Assembly: GCA_021107205.1 (NCBI GenBank)
Contig: JAIOTD010000041.1
Coordinates: 1 to 29,645 of the forward strand
Length of the DNA: 29,645 bases
Source: an archaeon
GTDB taxonomy: Archaea > Nanobdellota > Nanobdellia > SCGC-AAA011-G17 > GW2011-AR20
Direction of reading: 5' to 3'
Shown: positions 16,605-24,500 of the stretch, in pieces
Position numbering within the stretch: the stretch's first letter is position 1
Layout of the letters: each line of letters starts with the position of its first letter
Notes under the pieces: generated by a model
The model's database searches: none
Seen by the model: the letters and a program-made list of their open reading frames with translations, nothing else
Told to the model about the DNA's origin: nothing
Position numbers and translations under genes: made by a program

Positions 16605-17240
16605 ATGACATTAAATAAAGGAGATTTTATTGAACTTGATTATGTTGCTAGAATGAAAGAGTCTAATCAGGTTTTTGATCTTACTAAAAAAGATGTAGCT
16701 GAAAAAGAAGGAATATTCAATTCTGAAACAGAATATAAACCAGCTAAGATTTGTTTAGGATATAGGGATGTAATAAAGGGTGTTGATGAATTTCTTATTG
16801 GTAAAGATATAAACAAAGATTATATCATAGAAGTTAAAATTGAAGATGGTTTTGGGAAAAAGAACCCTAAATTAATCAAATTAGTGCCTACTAATTTATT
16901 TGCTCAACAAAATATTAAACCTGTTCCTGGATTACACGTTAATTTGGATGGTTTGATGGGAACTATAAAAACTGTTAGTGGGGGAAGAACTATTGTTGAT
17001 TTCAATCATCCATTATCAGGTCATGATTTAAAATATGAAGTTAAAGTTGTGAAAATTATCACAGATTTGAAAGAAAAAATATCAAGTATATTAAATCATG
17101 CTGTAAAAGATTATGAATTGGATGTAAAAGATAGTAAATTAACAATAAAAGCTAAACTATCTGATAATCTAAAACCCCTAATTATAGAGGAGATCAAGAA
17201 GAAAATACCTGAAATAAAAGAGATAGATTTTAAAAACTAA
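16605..17240 (+). CDS. FKBP-type peptidyl-prolyl isomerase (archaeal long SlyD-like)
   Basis: GDFIELDY, FGKKNPKLIKLVP and GGRTIVDFNHPLSGHDLKYEVKV motifs. Confidence 0.93.
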   Translation: MTLNKGDFIELDYVARMKESNQVFDLTKKDVAEKEGIFNSETEYKPAKICLGYRDVIKGVDEFLIGKDINKDYIIEVKIEDGFGKKNPKLIKLVPTNLFAQQNIKPVPGLHVNLDGLMGTIKTVSGGRTIVDFNHPLSGHDLKYEVKVVKIITDLKEKISSILNHAVKDYELDVKDSKLTIKAKLSDNLKPLIIEEIKKKIPEIKEIDFKN

Positions 17241-17298
17241 CTACTCAAGAATAAATAAATTTAAATACTTCTTTGTTTTTTTTATTCTTAATTCTAAA

Positions 17299-18408
17299 AT
17301 GGATTCGATAATAAAAAGTGCAGGTGAAGTAGAGGCGTTCAAAAAAGATATTAGAAAGACTTCTCCTATTGACGATGAATTAGAACAATATATTGCTAAT
17401 CAAAAAGCTAAAATTAAAGTTATTGGTACTGGTGGTGCTGGTAATAATACAATTAATAGAATGGCCGAAGTTGGAATAAGTGGAACTGAAACCATTGCTA
17501 TTAATACTGACGCTCAAGATTTATTATATACAAATGCTGATACTAAAATTCTAATTGGTAAAGATATAACTCAAGGATTAGGTGCAGGAAGTATTCCTCA
17601 AGTTGGAGAAGAATCTGCAAGAGAAAATGAACAAGACATAAAACAATCATTAAGTGGTTGTGATATGGTGTTTATTACTTGTGGTTTGGGTGGGGGAACT
17701 GGAACAGGAAGTGCACCTGTAATAGCTGAAATTGCAAAAAAGATGGGAGCATTAACAGTAGGTATAGTAACAATTCCTTTTGCAATGGAAGGTCAAAGAA
17801 GATATGAAAATGCAATTATTGGTTTAGAAAGATTAGAAAATATTGTTGATACTTTAATTGTTATACCTAATGATAAATTATTAGAATTAGCTCCTGATTT
17901 ACCTTTACATACTGCTTTTAAAGTCGCTGATGAAATTTTAACTAATGCTGTTAAAGGTATAGCTGAATTAGTTACTAAAACAGGATTGGTTAATTTAGAT
18001 TTTGCTGATATTAAAGCTGTTATGTCTGGTGGTGGAGTAGCAATGATTGGTGTTGGAGAAAGTGATACTAATAATAGAGCTGAGGAAGCTGTAGAAAAAG
18101 CAGTTACTAATCCTTTATTGGATGTCGATGTTACAGGTGCTAACGGTGCTTTGATTAATGTTACTGGTGGTTCTGATATGACTTTAGATGAAGCAAGGAA
18201 AGTTGTTGAAACTATATCTAGTAAATTGGATGAAGATGCAAGATTAATATGGGGAGCACAAATATCTGAAGATTTGGAGAATACTATCAGAGTTATGTTA
18301 ATTGTTACGGGTGTTACAAGCCCTCAAATATTTGGTCCTAGGAAAACTACAACTCAAAAAAAGAAAAGAGAGATTGAAGAAGAATTAGGCATTGAGTTTG
18401 TAGATTAA
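17299..18408 (+). CDS. ftsZ: Cell division protein FtsZ
   Basis: [21 protein letters not shown] tubulin signature, [10 protein letters not shown]. Confidence 0.98.
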   Translation: MDSIIKSAGEVEAFKKDIRKTSPIDDELEQYIANQKAKIKVIGTGGAGNNTINRMAEVGISGTETIAINTDAQDLLYTNADTKILIGKDITQGLGAGSIPQVGEESARENEQDIKQSLSGCDMVFITCGLGGGTGTGSAPVIAEIAKKMGALTVGIVTIPFAMEGQRRYENAIIGLERLENIVDTLIVIPNDKLLELAPDLPLHTAFKVADEILTNAVKGIAELVTKTGLVNLDFADIKAVMSGGGVAMIGVGESDTNNRAEEAVEKAVTNPLLDVDVTGANGALINVTGGSDMTLDEARKVVETISSKLDEDARLIWGAQISEDLENTIRVMLIVTGVTSPQIFGPRKTTTQKKKREIEEELGIEFVD

Positions 18409-18443
18409 TAAGCTTTATAAATACTTTAGTTTCTTTAAGATTT

Positions 18444-18632
18444 ATGTCTTGGATTAAAAATAAGTTAATTAGATTGAAAGAGTTTTATGTAGAAAGTAAA
18501 AGAGTATTTAAAGTAACAAAAAAACCAACAAAAGATGAATTCAAATTAGTTGTTAAGGTTTCAGCTTTAGGAGCTTTAATAATTGGTTTAATGGGATTTA
18601 TAATACAGGTAGGATATCATTTAATAAAATAA
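18444..18632 (+). CDS. secE: Protein translocase SecE/Sec61-gamma
   Basis: RVFKVTKKPTKDEF plus one TM helix; lies between ftsZ and spt5. Confidence 0.93.
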   Translation: MSWIKNKLIRLKEFYVESKRVFKVTKKPTKDEFKLVVKVSALGALIIGLMGFIIQVGYHLIK

Positions 18633-18633
18633 A

Positions 18634-19107
18634 ATGTCACAAATATTCGCTATAAGAACAACTGCAAATCGTGAAGATCAAGTATTAGATTTTATTACAT
18701 CTAATGTTAAGAAAAAAGGTCTTAATGTTGCTAGCATTTTAAGTCCACACGGTATGAGGGGATATATATTCATTGAAGCAGATAATATAGAAGAAGCTCA
18801 AAAAGCATATCAAGGAGTTCCTTATGCAAGAGGATTATTAAAAGCTCCTATAGCCTATCCAGAAATAGAGCATATGTTAGAACATGCAAAAGCTCAAGTT
18901 AATATTCAAAAGAATGATATTGTGGAAATAATTTCAGGTCCTTTCAAAAGGGAAAATGCTAAAGTTAGTAGAATTGATCAACAAAAAGAAGAAGTTGTTG
19001 TTGAATTACTAGAATCTGCAGTTCCAATTCCAATCACTGTTAAGTTGGATTCTGTAAAGGTTATAAGAAGAGAGAAGGAAGAAGATGAGCAAGAAGGAAA
19101 AGATTGA
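18634..19107 (+). CDS. spt5: Transcription elongation factor Spt5 (NusG)
   Basis: NGN domain (FAIRTTANRE, GYIFIEA) plus KOW (VEIISGPFKRENAKV). Confidence 0.96.
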   Translation: MSQIFAIRTTANREDQVLDFITSNVKKKGLNVASILSPHGMRGYIFIEADNIEEAQKAYQGVPYARGLLKAPIAYPEIEHMLEHAKAQVNIQKNDIVEIISGPFKRENAKVSRIDQQKEEVVVELLESAVPIPITVKLDSVKVIRREKEEDEQEGKD

Positions 19108-19762
19108 TCTTTTAGTGGAAGGTGGGAAAGCAAGTGCTAACCAACAAATGGCGCAAGCCTTAGGACCTAAAGGGATTAATATAAAAGATGTCCTAGAAAA
19201 GATTAATGAGAAAACTGCTAGTTTTAAAGGTATGAAAGTGCCTGTTACTATTGAAGCTGATATTGATGATAAAACTTTTGAAATTTCTATAGGAACTCCT
19301 CCAGTATCTGAATTAATTAAAAATGAATTAAATTTAAAGAAAGGGTCTGGAATTCCAAATAAGGATAAAGTTGCTAATATTGCTATGGAGCAAGTTGTTA
19401 AAATAACTCAAATGAAAAAAGATAGTATTTTACATAATGATTTTAAATCTGCTGTTAAAAGCGTTATAGGAAGTTGTAATTCTTTAGGTATTCTAATTGA
19501 AGGTTTAAATTCTAAAGAAATTAATGAAAAAATCAATAATGGTGACTTTGATGATATAATTAATAATCAAAAAATAGAATTAAGTGAAGATAAAAAGAAA
19601 AAATTAGAAGAGAAACTAGAAGAGTTTAAAGAAGAGTTTAAAGGCGAATTAGCAAAGATGAAATCTGATAGGGAAGAAAAAGAGAAGAAATCAGAGAAGA
19701 AAGTAGAAGAAAAACCTTCTGAAGAGAAGAAAGTAGAAGCACCTAAAGAAGAGAAAAAATAA
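19085..19762 (+). CDS. rpl11: 50S ribosomal protein L11 with charged C-terminal extension
   Basis: LLVEGGKAS, ALGPKGIN, FKGMKVPV, GTPPVSELIK and VIGSCNSLGI motifs. Confidence 0.95.
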   Translation: MSKKEKIDLLVEGGKASANQQMAQALGPKGINIKDVLEKINEKTASFKGMKVPVTIEADIDDKTFEISIGTPPVSELIKNELNLKKGSGIPNKDKVANIAMEQVVKITQMKKDSILHNDFKSAVKSVIGSCNSLGILIEGLNSKEINEKINNGDFDDIINNQKIELSEDKKKKLEEKLEEFKEEFKGELAKMKSDREEKEKKSEKKVEEKPSEEKKVEAPKEEKK

Positions 19763-19784
19763 TTCTATTTGTATTTGTTTTAAT

Positions 19785-20060
19785 TTATCCCAAATTCTGA
19801 TAAACCATATTAGCCATCACAACATACCCTGAAGCTAAAAGAGTTTCGTGAAAAACTGCCAATCCATACATAAGAGGTCTGACATTTTTATCAAAATTTC
19901 CCTTATTAGATAATTTTTTAATATTATTAAATACATAAGTTGGTATAAAAATTTTAAGAGTAGTTAATGCTTCAGCTCTTTCCATGAACTTTTCATATCT
20001 TTCATCATCAGATTCTATTTCACTTATTGTTCTTTCCAAATTTCTCATTTTAACCTCCAA
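19785..20060 (-). CDS. Hypothetical protein
   Basis: 91-aa ORF; GGAGG upstream of the second Met, so the start may be 20048. Confidence 0.55.
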   Translation of the reverse strand: MEVKMRNLERTISEIESDDERYEKFMERAEALTTLKIFIPTYVFNNIKKLSNKGNFDKNVRPLMYGLAVFHETLLASGYVVMANMVYQNLG

Positions 20061-20151
20061 ATTATAAATAATATCATAAAAATAGAGATTATAAATTTAA
20101 GTTGTTAGTTTAAATAACAACATTTATAAATATCAATCCCCTTAATTTATT

Positions 20152-20865
20152 ATGGAATTACATGTAGAATTAAAAAAAGCAGGATTGCCGGATAATCAGG
20201 CTAAAGTTTATTTAGAATTAATTAAAAGAGGTTCTCTTTCAGCAAATAAGTTATCAAAAAATATCGGTTTAGATAGAACTTTAACATATCAAATTCTAAA
20301 TAATTTATTAGAAAAGGGGCTTATAAGTTACATTATAAAAGAAAATAAAAAATATTTTGAAGCTGCTTCTCCAGATAATTTAATTAGACCCATAAAAGAG
20401 CAAGAGAAATTTATTAATTCAATTATACCTAAACTTAAATCTATAAAAAAATTAGAAGAAAATGAGCAGGAAGTTAAGGTTTATGAAGGTAAAAAAGGAC
20501 TAAAAACATTTTTTGAAGATATTTTAAAATCAAAGGATATTTGTATATTCGGAGCTACAGGTAAAAGTTATGAAATTCTTAGATTTGAAGTTCCTCATAT
20601 TTCTAAAAAAGCTGAAAAATTAGGAATAAAAGGTAGAATGATAACAAGTTTGGAAAATAAAAAACAAGAAATGACTAAATTAAAAAATCTTAAGGTAAGA
20701 TATTTAGATGAAGTAAAAAGTCCTGCTACGACAACTATCTACAAAAATAAGGTTGGAATTCATGTTTTAAGTGATAAACCAATAGTTATAATTATTAAAA
20801 ATAAAGATGTGGCTGATGGTTATAGGTCATATTTCAACTTTCTTTGGAAAATTGCTAAAAAATGA
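20152..20865 (+). CDS. TrmB-like transcriptional regulator
   Basis: N-terminal HTH (GLPDNQAKVYLELI...LTYQILNNLLEKGLIS, YFEAASP) plus C-terminal effector-like domain. Confidence 0.9.
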   Translation: MELHVELKKAGLPDNQAKVYLELIKRGSLSANKLSKNIGLDRTLTYQILNNLLEKGLISYIIKENKKYFEAASPDNLIRPIKEQEKFINSIIPKLKSIKKLEENEQEVKVYEGKKGLKTFFEDILKSKDICIFGATGKSYEILRFEVPHISKKAEKLGIKGRMITSLENKKQEMTKLKNLKVRYLDEVKSPATTTIYKNKVGIHVLSDKPIVIIIKNKDVADGYRSYFNFLWKIAKK

Positions 20866-21668
20866 GAAAATATGAAATAATTAATAAATTGAAAGAAATT
20901 GCTAAAAAATTAAATAAATCTCCTGGAAGAAGGGAAATTCCTTTTAAATTATATAGAAAATGTGTTAAAAATTTTGGATCTTTTAATAAAGTAAAATCAA
21001 AAGCTGGTTTAAGTATAATCAAAAGGAAATGTGATCCTCTTCCTAAAAAATCATATAAATTCACTAAAGATTTAGTCAAAATTATGAGTTATTTAATGTT
21101 TGATGGACATTTATATAAAGATTTAAAAGGTTTTTATTTTTCTTCTAAAGAAGTTAAATCTTTAAAAGACTTTGAGAGGTCAATTATTAAGCAATTTGGG
21201 ATAAAGCCATATTATAAATATAACACTGCTGGATATAGAAAACAAACGCATAAAGTTTTTATGTTTAATGTTAAAGCATCTAAATTTTTAAATGAGATTG
21301 GTGTGCCAAAAGGAGATAAGATGGTTACAACTTTTGATATTCCTAACTGGATTAAAGAAAACAAAGAATTTTCTAAAGAATATCTAAAAATTGCCTTTTA
21401 TTGTGAAGGGTGTAAATACAAAGCTTCAAAGAATTCAGAAAGAATACAATTTAATTTAAACAAAAGTGAAGAACTATTAGAAGATGGATTAAATTTTATG
21501 AAATCTTTAAAATATCTATTAAAAAATTTTGATATAGAAACGACTTCAATATCCCTTACTAAGGGAAATCTAAGAAAAAGGGATGGAAAAACAACAAAAA
21601 CAATGAAATTCAATATAAGAGCCAACAGCATCAATAAATTTATAAACCAAATTGGTTGGTATAAATAA
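20862..21668 (+). CDS. Free-standing LAGLIDADG (intein/DOD-type) endonuclease-like protein
   Basis: Motif 1 IMSYLMFDGH, motif 2 YLKIAFYCEG, C-terminal FINQIGW; N-terminal LKEIAKKLNKSP...FGSFNK..AGL resembles a homing-endonuclease-associated repeat. Confidence 0.8.
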   Translation: MRKYEIINKLKEIAKKLNKSPGRREIPFKLYRKCVKNFGSFNKVKSKAGLSIIKRKCDPLPKKSYKFTKDLVKIMSYLMFDGHLYKDLKGFYFSSKEVKSLKDFERSIIKQFGIKPYYKYNTAGYRKQTHKVFMFNVKASKFLNEIGVPKGDKMVTTFDIPNWIKENKEFSKEYLKIAFYCEGCKYKASKNSERIQFNLNKSEELLEDGLNFMKSLKYLLKNFDIETTSISLTKGNLRKRDGKTTKTMKFNIRANSINKFINQIGWYK

Positions 21669-21671
21669 TAA

Positions 21672-21782
21672 GGGGCTGTAGTCTAGCTTGGACTAGTAAT
21701 AAAAACTAGGAGCAATAGGATTCGAGGTTTGGGTCTTTACGCAAAAAACCTCGCGGCCTGGGTTCAAATCCCAGCAGCCCCA
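21672..21782 (+). tRNA. tRNA-Pro(UGG) with two introns (about 21692-21715 at 19/20; 21734-21747 at 37/38)
   Basis: Acceptor GGGGCTG/CAGCCCC-A, anticodon stem CGAGG/CCTCG with TT-TGG-G, T arm CTGGG-TTCAAAT-CCCAG; BHB-like folds at both insertions; CCA not encoded. Confidence 0.92.
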
Positions 21783-21825
21783 TCCAAACATTTATAAAAT
21801 CTTTTGAAAAGATTTAAATAAGAAA

Positions 21826-22038
21826 ATGGCAACAAAAAAAGTTGGAAGTACAGGAAGATTTGGAGCAAGATACGGAAGAAAAGTAAGACAAAGAGTTTTA
21901 GCTGTAGAAAAGAAGTTAAAAGCAAAACATAAATGTCCTTATTGTAAAAAACTTCAAGTTAAAAGATTAGCTTCAGGAATTTGGTTTTGTAATTCATGTA
22001 AAGCAAAATTTTCAGGAAAGGCTTATACGCCAAAATAA
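21826..22038 (+). CDS. rpl37ae: 50S ribosomal protein L37Ae (eL43)
   Basis: GRFGARYGRKVR, CPYC...GIWFCNSC. Confidence 0.96.
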   Translation: MATKKVGSTGRFGARYGRKVRQRVLAVEKKLKAKHKCPYCKKLQVKRLASGIWFCNSCKAKFSGKAYTPK

Positions 22039-22042
22039 AAAA

Positions 22043-22177
22043 ATGGTTGTTAAATGTTTTGAATGCAATAAAATTATAAAGCAAGAGTATATGGAAAGGA
22101 AAATTAGATGTCCTTATTGTGGGAGTAAGATATTATATAAACCTAAAGTTACTTCTTCAACTGTAAAAGCGGATTAA
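22043..22177 (+). CDS. rpoP: RNA polymerase subunit P (Rpo12); not in ORF track
   Basis: MVVKCFECNKIIKQEYMERKIRCPYCGSKILYKPKVTSSTVKAD* (44 aa); RCPYCGSKILYK signature; conserved position after rpl37Ae. Confidence 0.93.
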   Translation: MVVKCFECNKIIKQEYMERKIRCPYCGSKILYKPKVTSSTVKAD

Positions 22178-22179
22178 AA

Positions 22180-22503
22180 ATGGATAAAGATGCAGAAAAT
22201 AAAATTCAACAGTTGCAAATGTTAGAGCAAAGCATACAAAATTTGATTATGCAAAAACAAAATTTTCAAGCTAAATTATTAGAAAGTGAAAATGCTTTAA
22301 AAGAATTAGATAAAAATCCTAAAGAAATCTATAAAATTGTTGGAAATATTATGGTTGCTAGTGAGAAAAATGAATTAGAAGAGGAACTTAAAAAAAATAA
22401 GGAAATGATGGATGTAAGGGTTAAAAATATTGAAAAACAAGAAATTATGATCAAAGAAAAAGCTGAAAAATTACAAAAAGAAGTTATGGAACAATTAAAA
22501 TGA
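22180..22503 (+). CDS. pfdB: Prefoldin beta subunit
   Basis: Coiled coil with IYKIVGNIMV beta hairpin; conserved context. Confidence 0.92.
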   Translation: MDKDAENKIQQLQMLEQSIQNLIMQKQNFQAKLLESENALKELDKNPKEIYKIVGNIMVASEKNELEEELKKNKEMMDVRVKNIEKQEIMIKEKAEKLQKEVMEQLK

Positions 22504-22751
22504 TTCAAGATCAATTAAATAACATTATAGAGATGCTTTCAGGAATAAAAGAAGATAATTCTGTTCCAAAAAATATTAGGGCTAAGGTTGAAAATACAAT
22601 AATTTTGTTAAATGATGATAAATGTGAAGATTGCATTAAGGTTGATAAAGTGGTTCAGGAGTTAGATGAGATAAGTCAAGACCCTAATTTACCTGTTTAT
22701 ACAAGAGTTGAGGTTTTAAACGTGATAGGTGTTTTAGGTAGTTTTCAATAG
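22500..22751 (+). CDS. UPF0147 family protein
   Basis: DNSVPKNIR and LDEISQDPNLPVYTR motifs. Confidence 0.88.
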   Translation: MIQDQLNNIIEMLSGIKEDNSVPKNIRAKVENTIILLNDDKCEDCIKVDKVVQELDEISQDPNLPVYTRVEVLNVIGVLGSFQ

Positions 22752-22790
22752 AAATATTTAAATATTAATTGTTATTATTATGGAATTAAG

Positions 22791-23195
22791 ATGAGAGAGA
22801 TGTTTTTAAGAGCAAAGGAAAAATTCTTGAAAGGTGTTTCGGATAACGAAGCTGATTTTCCAGAAGAATTAGAAGACGACTATGTTGAAATTGATACTGA
22901 TGTTGCAAAAGGTAAAAGGGCTAAAATTACAGTAAGACCCTTTGCAATTAATGATTTCGAAGATATGAAACCTGTTTTAGATTCTTTAAGAGAAGGTACT
23001 ACTGTAGCTTTACTTAACATTAAACCATTAAAAGATAAAGATATTGTTGAGTTAAAAAGGGCTATTAATAAACTAAAGAAAACATGTGATGCTATTGATG
23101 GGGATATTGCTGGTTTTGGTGACGATTGGGTTGTTGTAACTCCAAGTTTTGCTAACATTTATAGAAATACCCAGACAGAAGACGTTGAAGAGTAA
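22791..23195 (+). CDS. sepF: Archaeal SepF (FtsZ anchor)
   Basis: ELKRAINKLKKTCDAIDGDIAGFGDDWVVVTP; conserved UPF0147-sepF-ZPR1 order. Confidence 0.9.
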   Translation: MREMFLRAKEKFLKGVSDNEADFPEELEDDYVEIDTDVAKGKRAKITVRPFAINDFEDMKPVLDSLREGTTVALLNIKPLKDKDIVELKRAINKLKKTCDAIDGDIAGFGDDWVVVTPSFANIYRNTQTEDVEE

Positions 23196-23223
23196 ATTTA
23201 TAAATCTATTTTTCTCTTAATTT

Positions 23224-23742
23224 TTGATGGAAGAACTAAAAAAACAAGGTTGTCCTTTTTGTAACACTAAAAATTTAACTTTAACCGAAGATGTTAGAGA
23301 AATTCCTTATTTTGGAAGATGTCATTTAATGTCTATGAGTTGCAGTAATTGTAAATATCATAAGTCAGATATTGAAGCTGAAGAAAATAAAGGACCTGTT
23401 AAATATACTTTTACTATTAAAGATAAAAAAGATTTAAATGTTAGAGTTGTTAAAGCTTCAGAAGGTACAATTAAGATTCCTCAAATGAAAATGAGTGTTG
23501 AAGGGGGACCAAATTCTACTGGTTATATTTCTAATATTGAAGGAGTTCTTAGAAGATTTAAAAGAATTATAGAAGATGTAAGAGATAATTCTGATGATGC
23601 TAAAGATAAAAAATCTGCTAAGAATTTGTTAAAAAAATTATGGAAAGTTGAATGTGGTGAACAAGAATTAAAAATAGTTTTAGAAGATAAAACAGGTAAT
23701 TCCGCTATTATTTCTGATAAAGTAGAAGTGAAAAAGTTATAA
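23224..23742 (+). CDS. ZPR1-related zinc finger protein
   Basis: CPFC...IPYFG...CSNC, DLNVRVVKAS, GYISNIEGVL and LEDKTGNSAI motifs. Confidence 0.9.
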   Translation: MMEELKKQGCPFCNTKNLTLTEDVREIPYFGRCHLMSMSCSNCKYHKSDIEAEENKGPVKYTFTIKDKKDLNVRVVKASEGTIKIPQMKMSVEGGPNSTGYISNIEGVLRRFKRIIEDVRDNSDDAKDKKSAKNLLKKLWKVECGEQELKIVLEDKTGNSAIISDKVEVKKL

Positions 23743-24461
23743 TGAAGGGCTTGATTGTTGCATATGGGGAAAATGATTCTAGAGGAAGGGATAGATTAAG
23801 TGAAATTAGGGGATTGATGAAATTTGGCGGTAAAGAAGTTGTTGTTCGTACTCTAGAAAAAATGAAGGAAATTGGTATTGAAGATACATTAATAGTCACA
23901 AATGAAAGTTCAAATGAAAGTTATCAAAGATTATTTGTTAACTCTCCTTTTTCTCCAAGAATTGAAAATTATCCTGGTTCAAATCCAGATATGACTTATG
24001 TTTATACTTGGGGTCTTAGTATATTAGGTTTTCAAGAACCAATATTAGCAATTGCAGATGATCATTTATTTGATTTTTCTTTAGAAAGTTTAGTAAAAAG
24101 ATTTGGGGAATTAGATAAAAGTATCTTGGCTGTTAGAAGATTAGAAAATATAGGGAATGGTGTTGATTTAAATTTTGGAAAATGTGTTGTTGATGAAAAT
24201 GGAAAAATTTTAGAAGGAAGTTACTCTTTTTTCCGATCAGAAAAGGAAATAGATTCAGATCTAATATGTATGGATCTTTGGTTAGTTCATCAAGAAATGA
24301 TAAGTGATTTACTAAATTTAATTGGAAAAAAAGCACAACCTGAAGAAATCATAAGTTATTACTTAAGGAATATTTATAGTTTTGAAATTAATGAAGGTTT
24401 TTGGGCTGATATAGGAAAACCAGAACTTAGAAAACAAGCAGAAATATATTTTAATAATTAA
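23742..24461 (+). CDS. Divergent sugar-phosphate nucleotidyltransferase-like protein
   Basis: MKGLIVAYGE...LMKFGGKEVV..TLEKMKEIGIEDTLIVTN and GFWADIGKPE follow the NTP_transferase pattern, but GxGTR and PK are not intact. Confidence 0.6.
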   Translation: MKGLIVAYGENDSRGRDRLSEIRGLMKFGGKEVVVRTLEKMKEIGIEDTLIVTNESSNESYQRLFVNSPFSPRIENYPGSNPDMTYVYTWGLSILGFQEPILAIADDHLFDFSLESLVKRFGELDKSILAVRRLENIGNGVDLNFGKCVVDENGKILEGSYSFFRSEKEIDSDLICMDLWLVHQEMISDLLNLIGKKAQPEEIISYYLRNIYSFEINEGFWADIGKPELRKQAEIYFNN

Positions 24462-24500
24462 TAAGAAAATATTATAAATCAATGATTTCTATTTAATTAT

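Noticed and set aside
20862-21668. LAGLIDADG gene as part of an intein or of a large tRNA/rRNA intron
   Set aside because: No Cys/Ser start or His-Asn end, no host extein, and no 5' tRNA exon upstream; the tRNA is complete downstream.
20855-24336. Minus-strand ORFs 20855-21079, 21398-21634, 22329-22514, 22880-23158, 23708-23899, 24133-24336
   Set aside because: Antisense shadows of plus-strand genes with no motifs or initiation signals.
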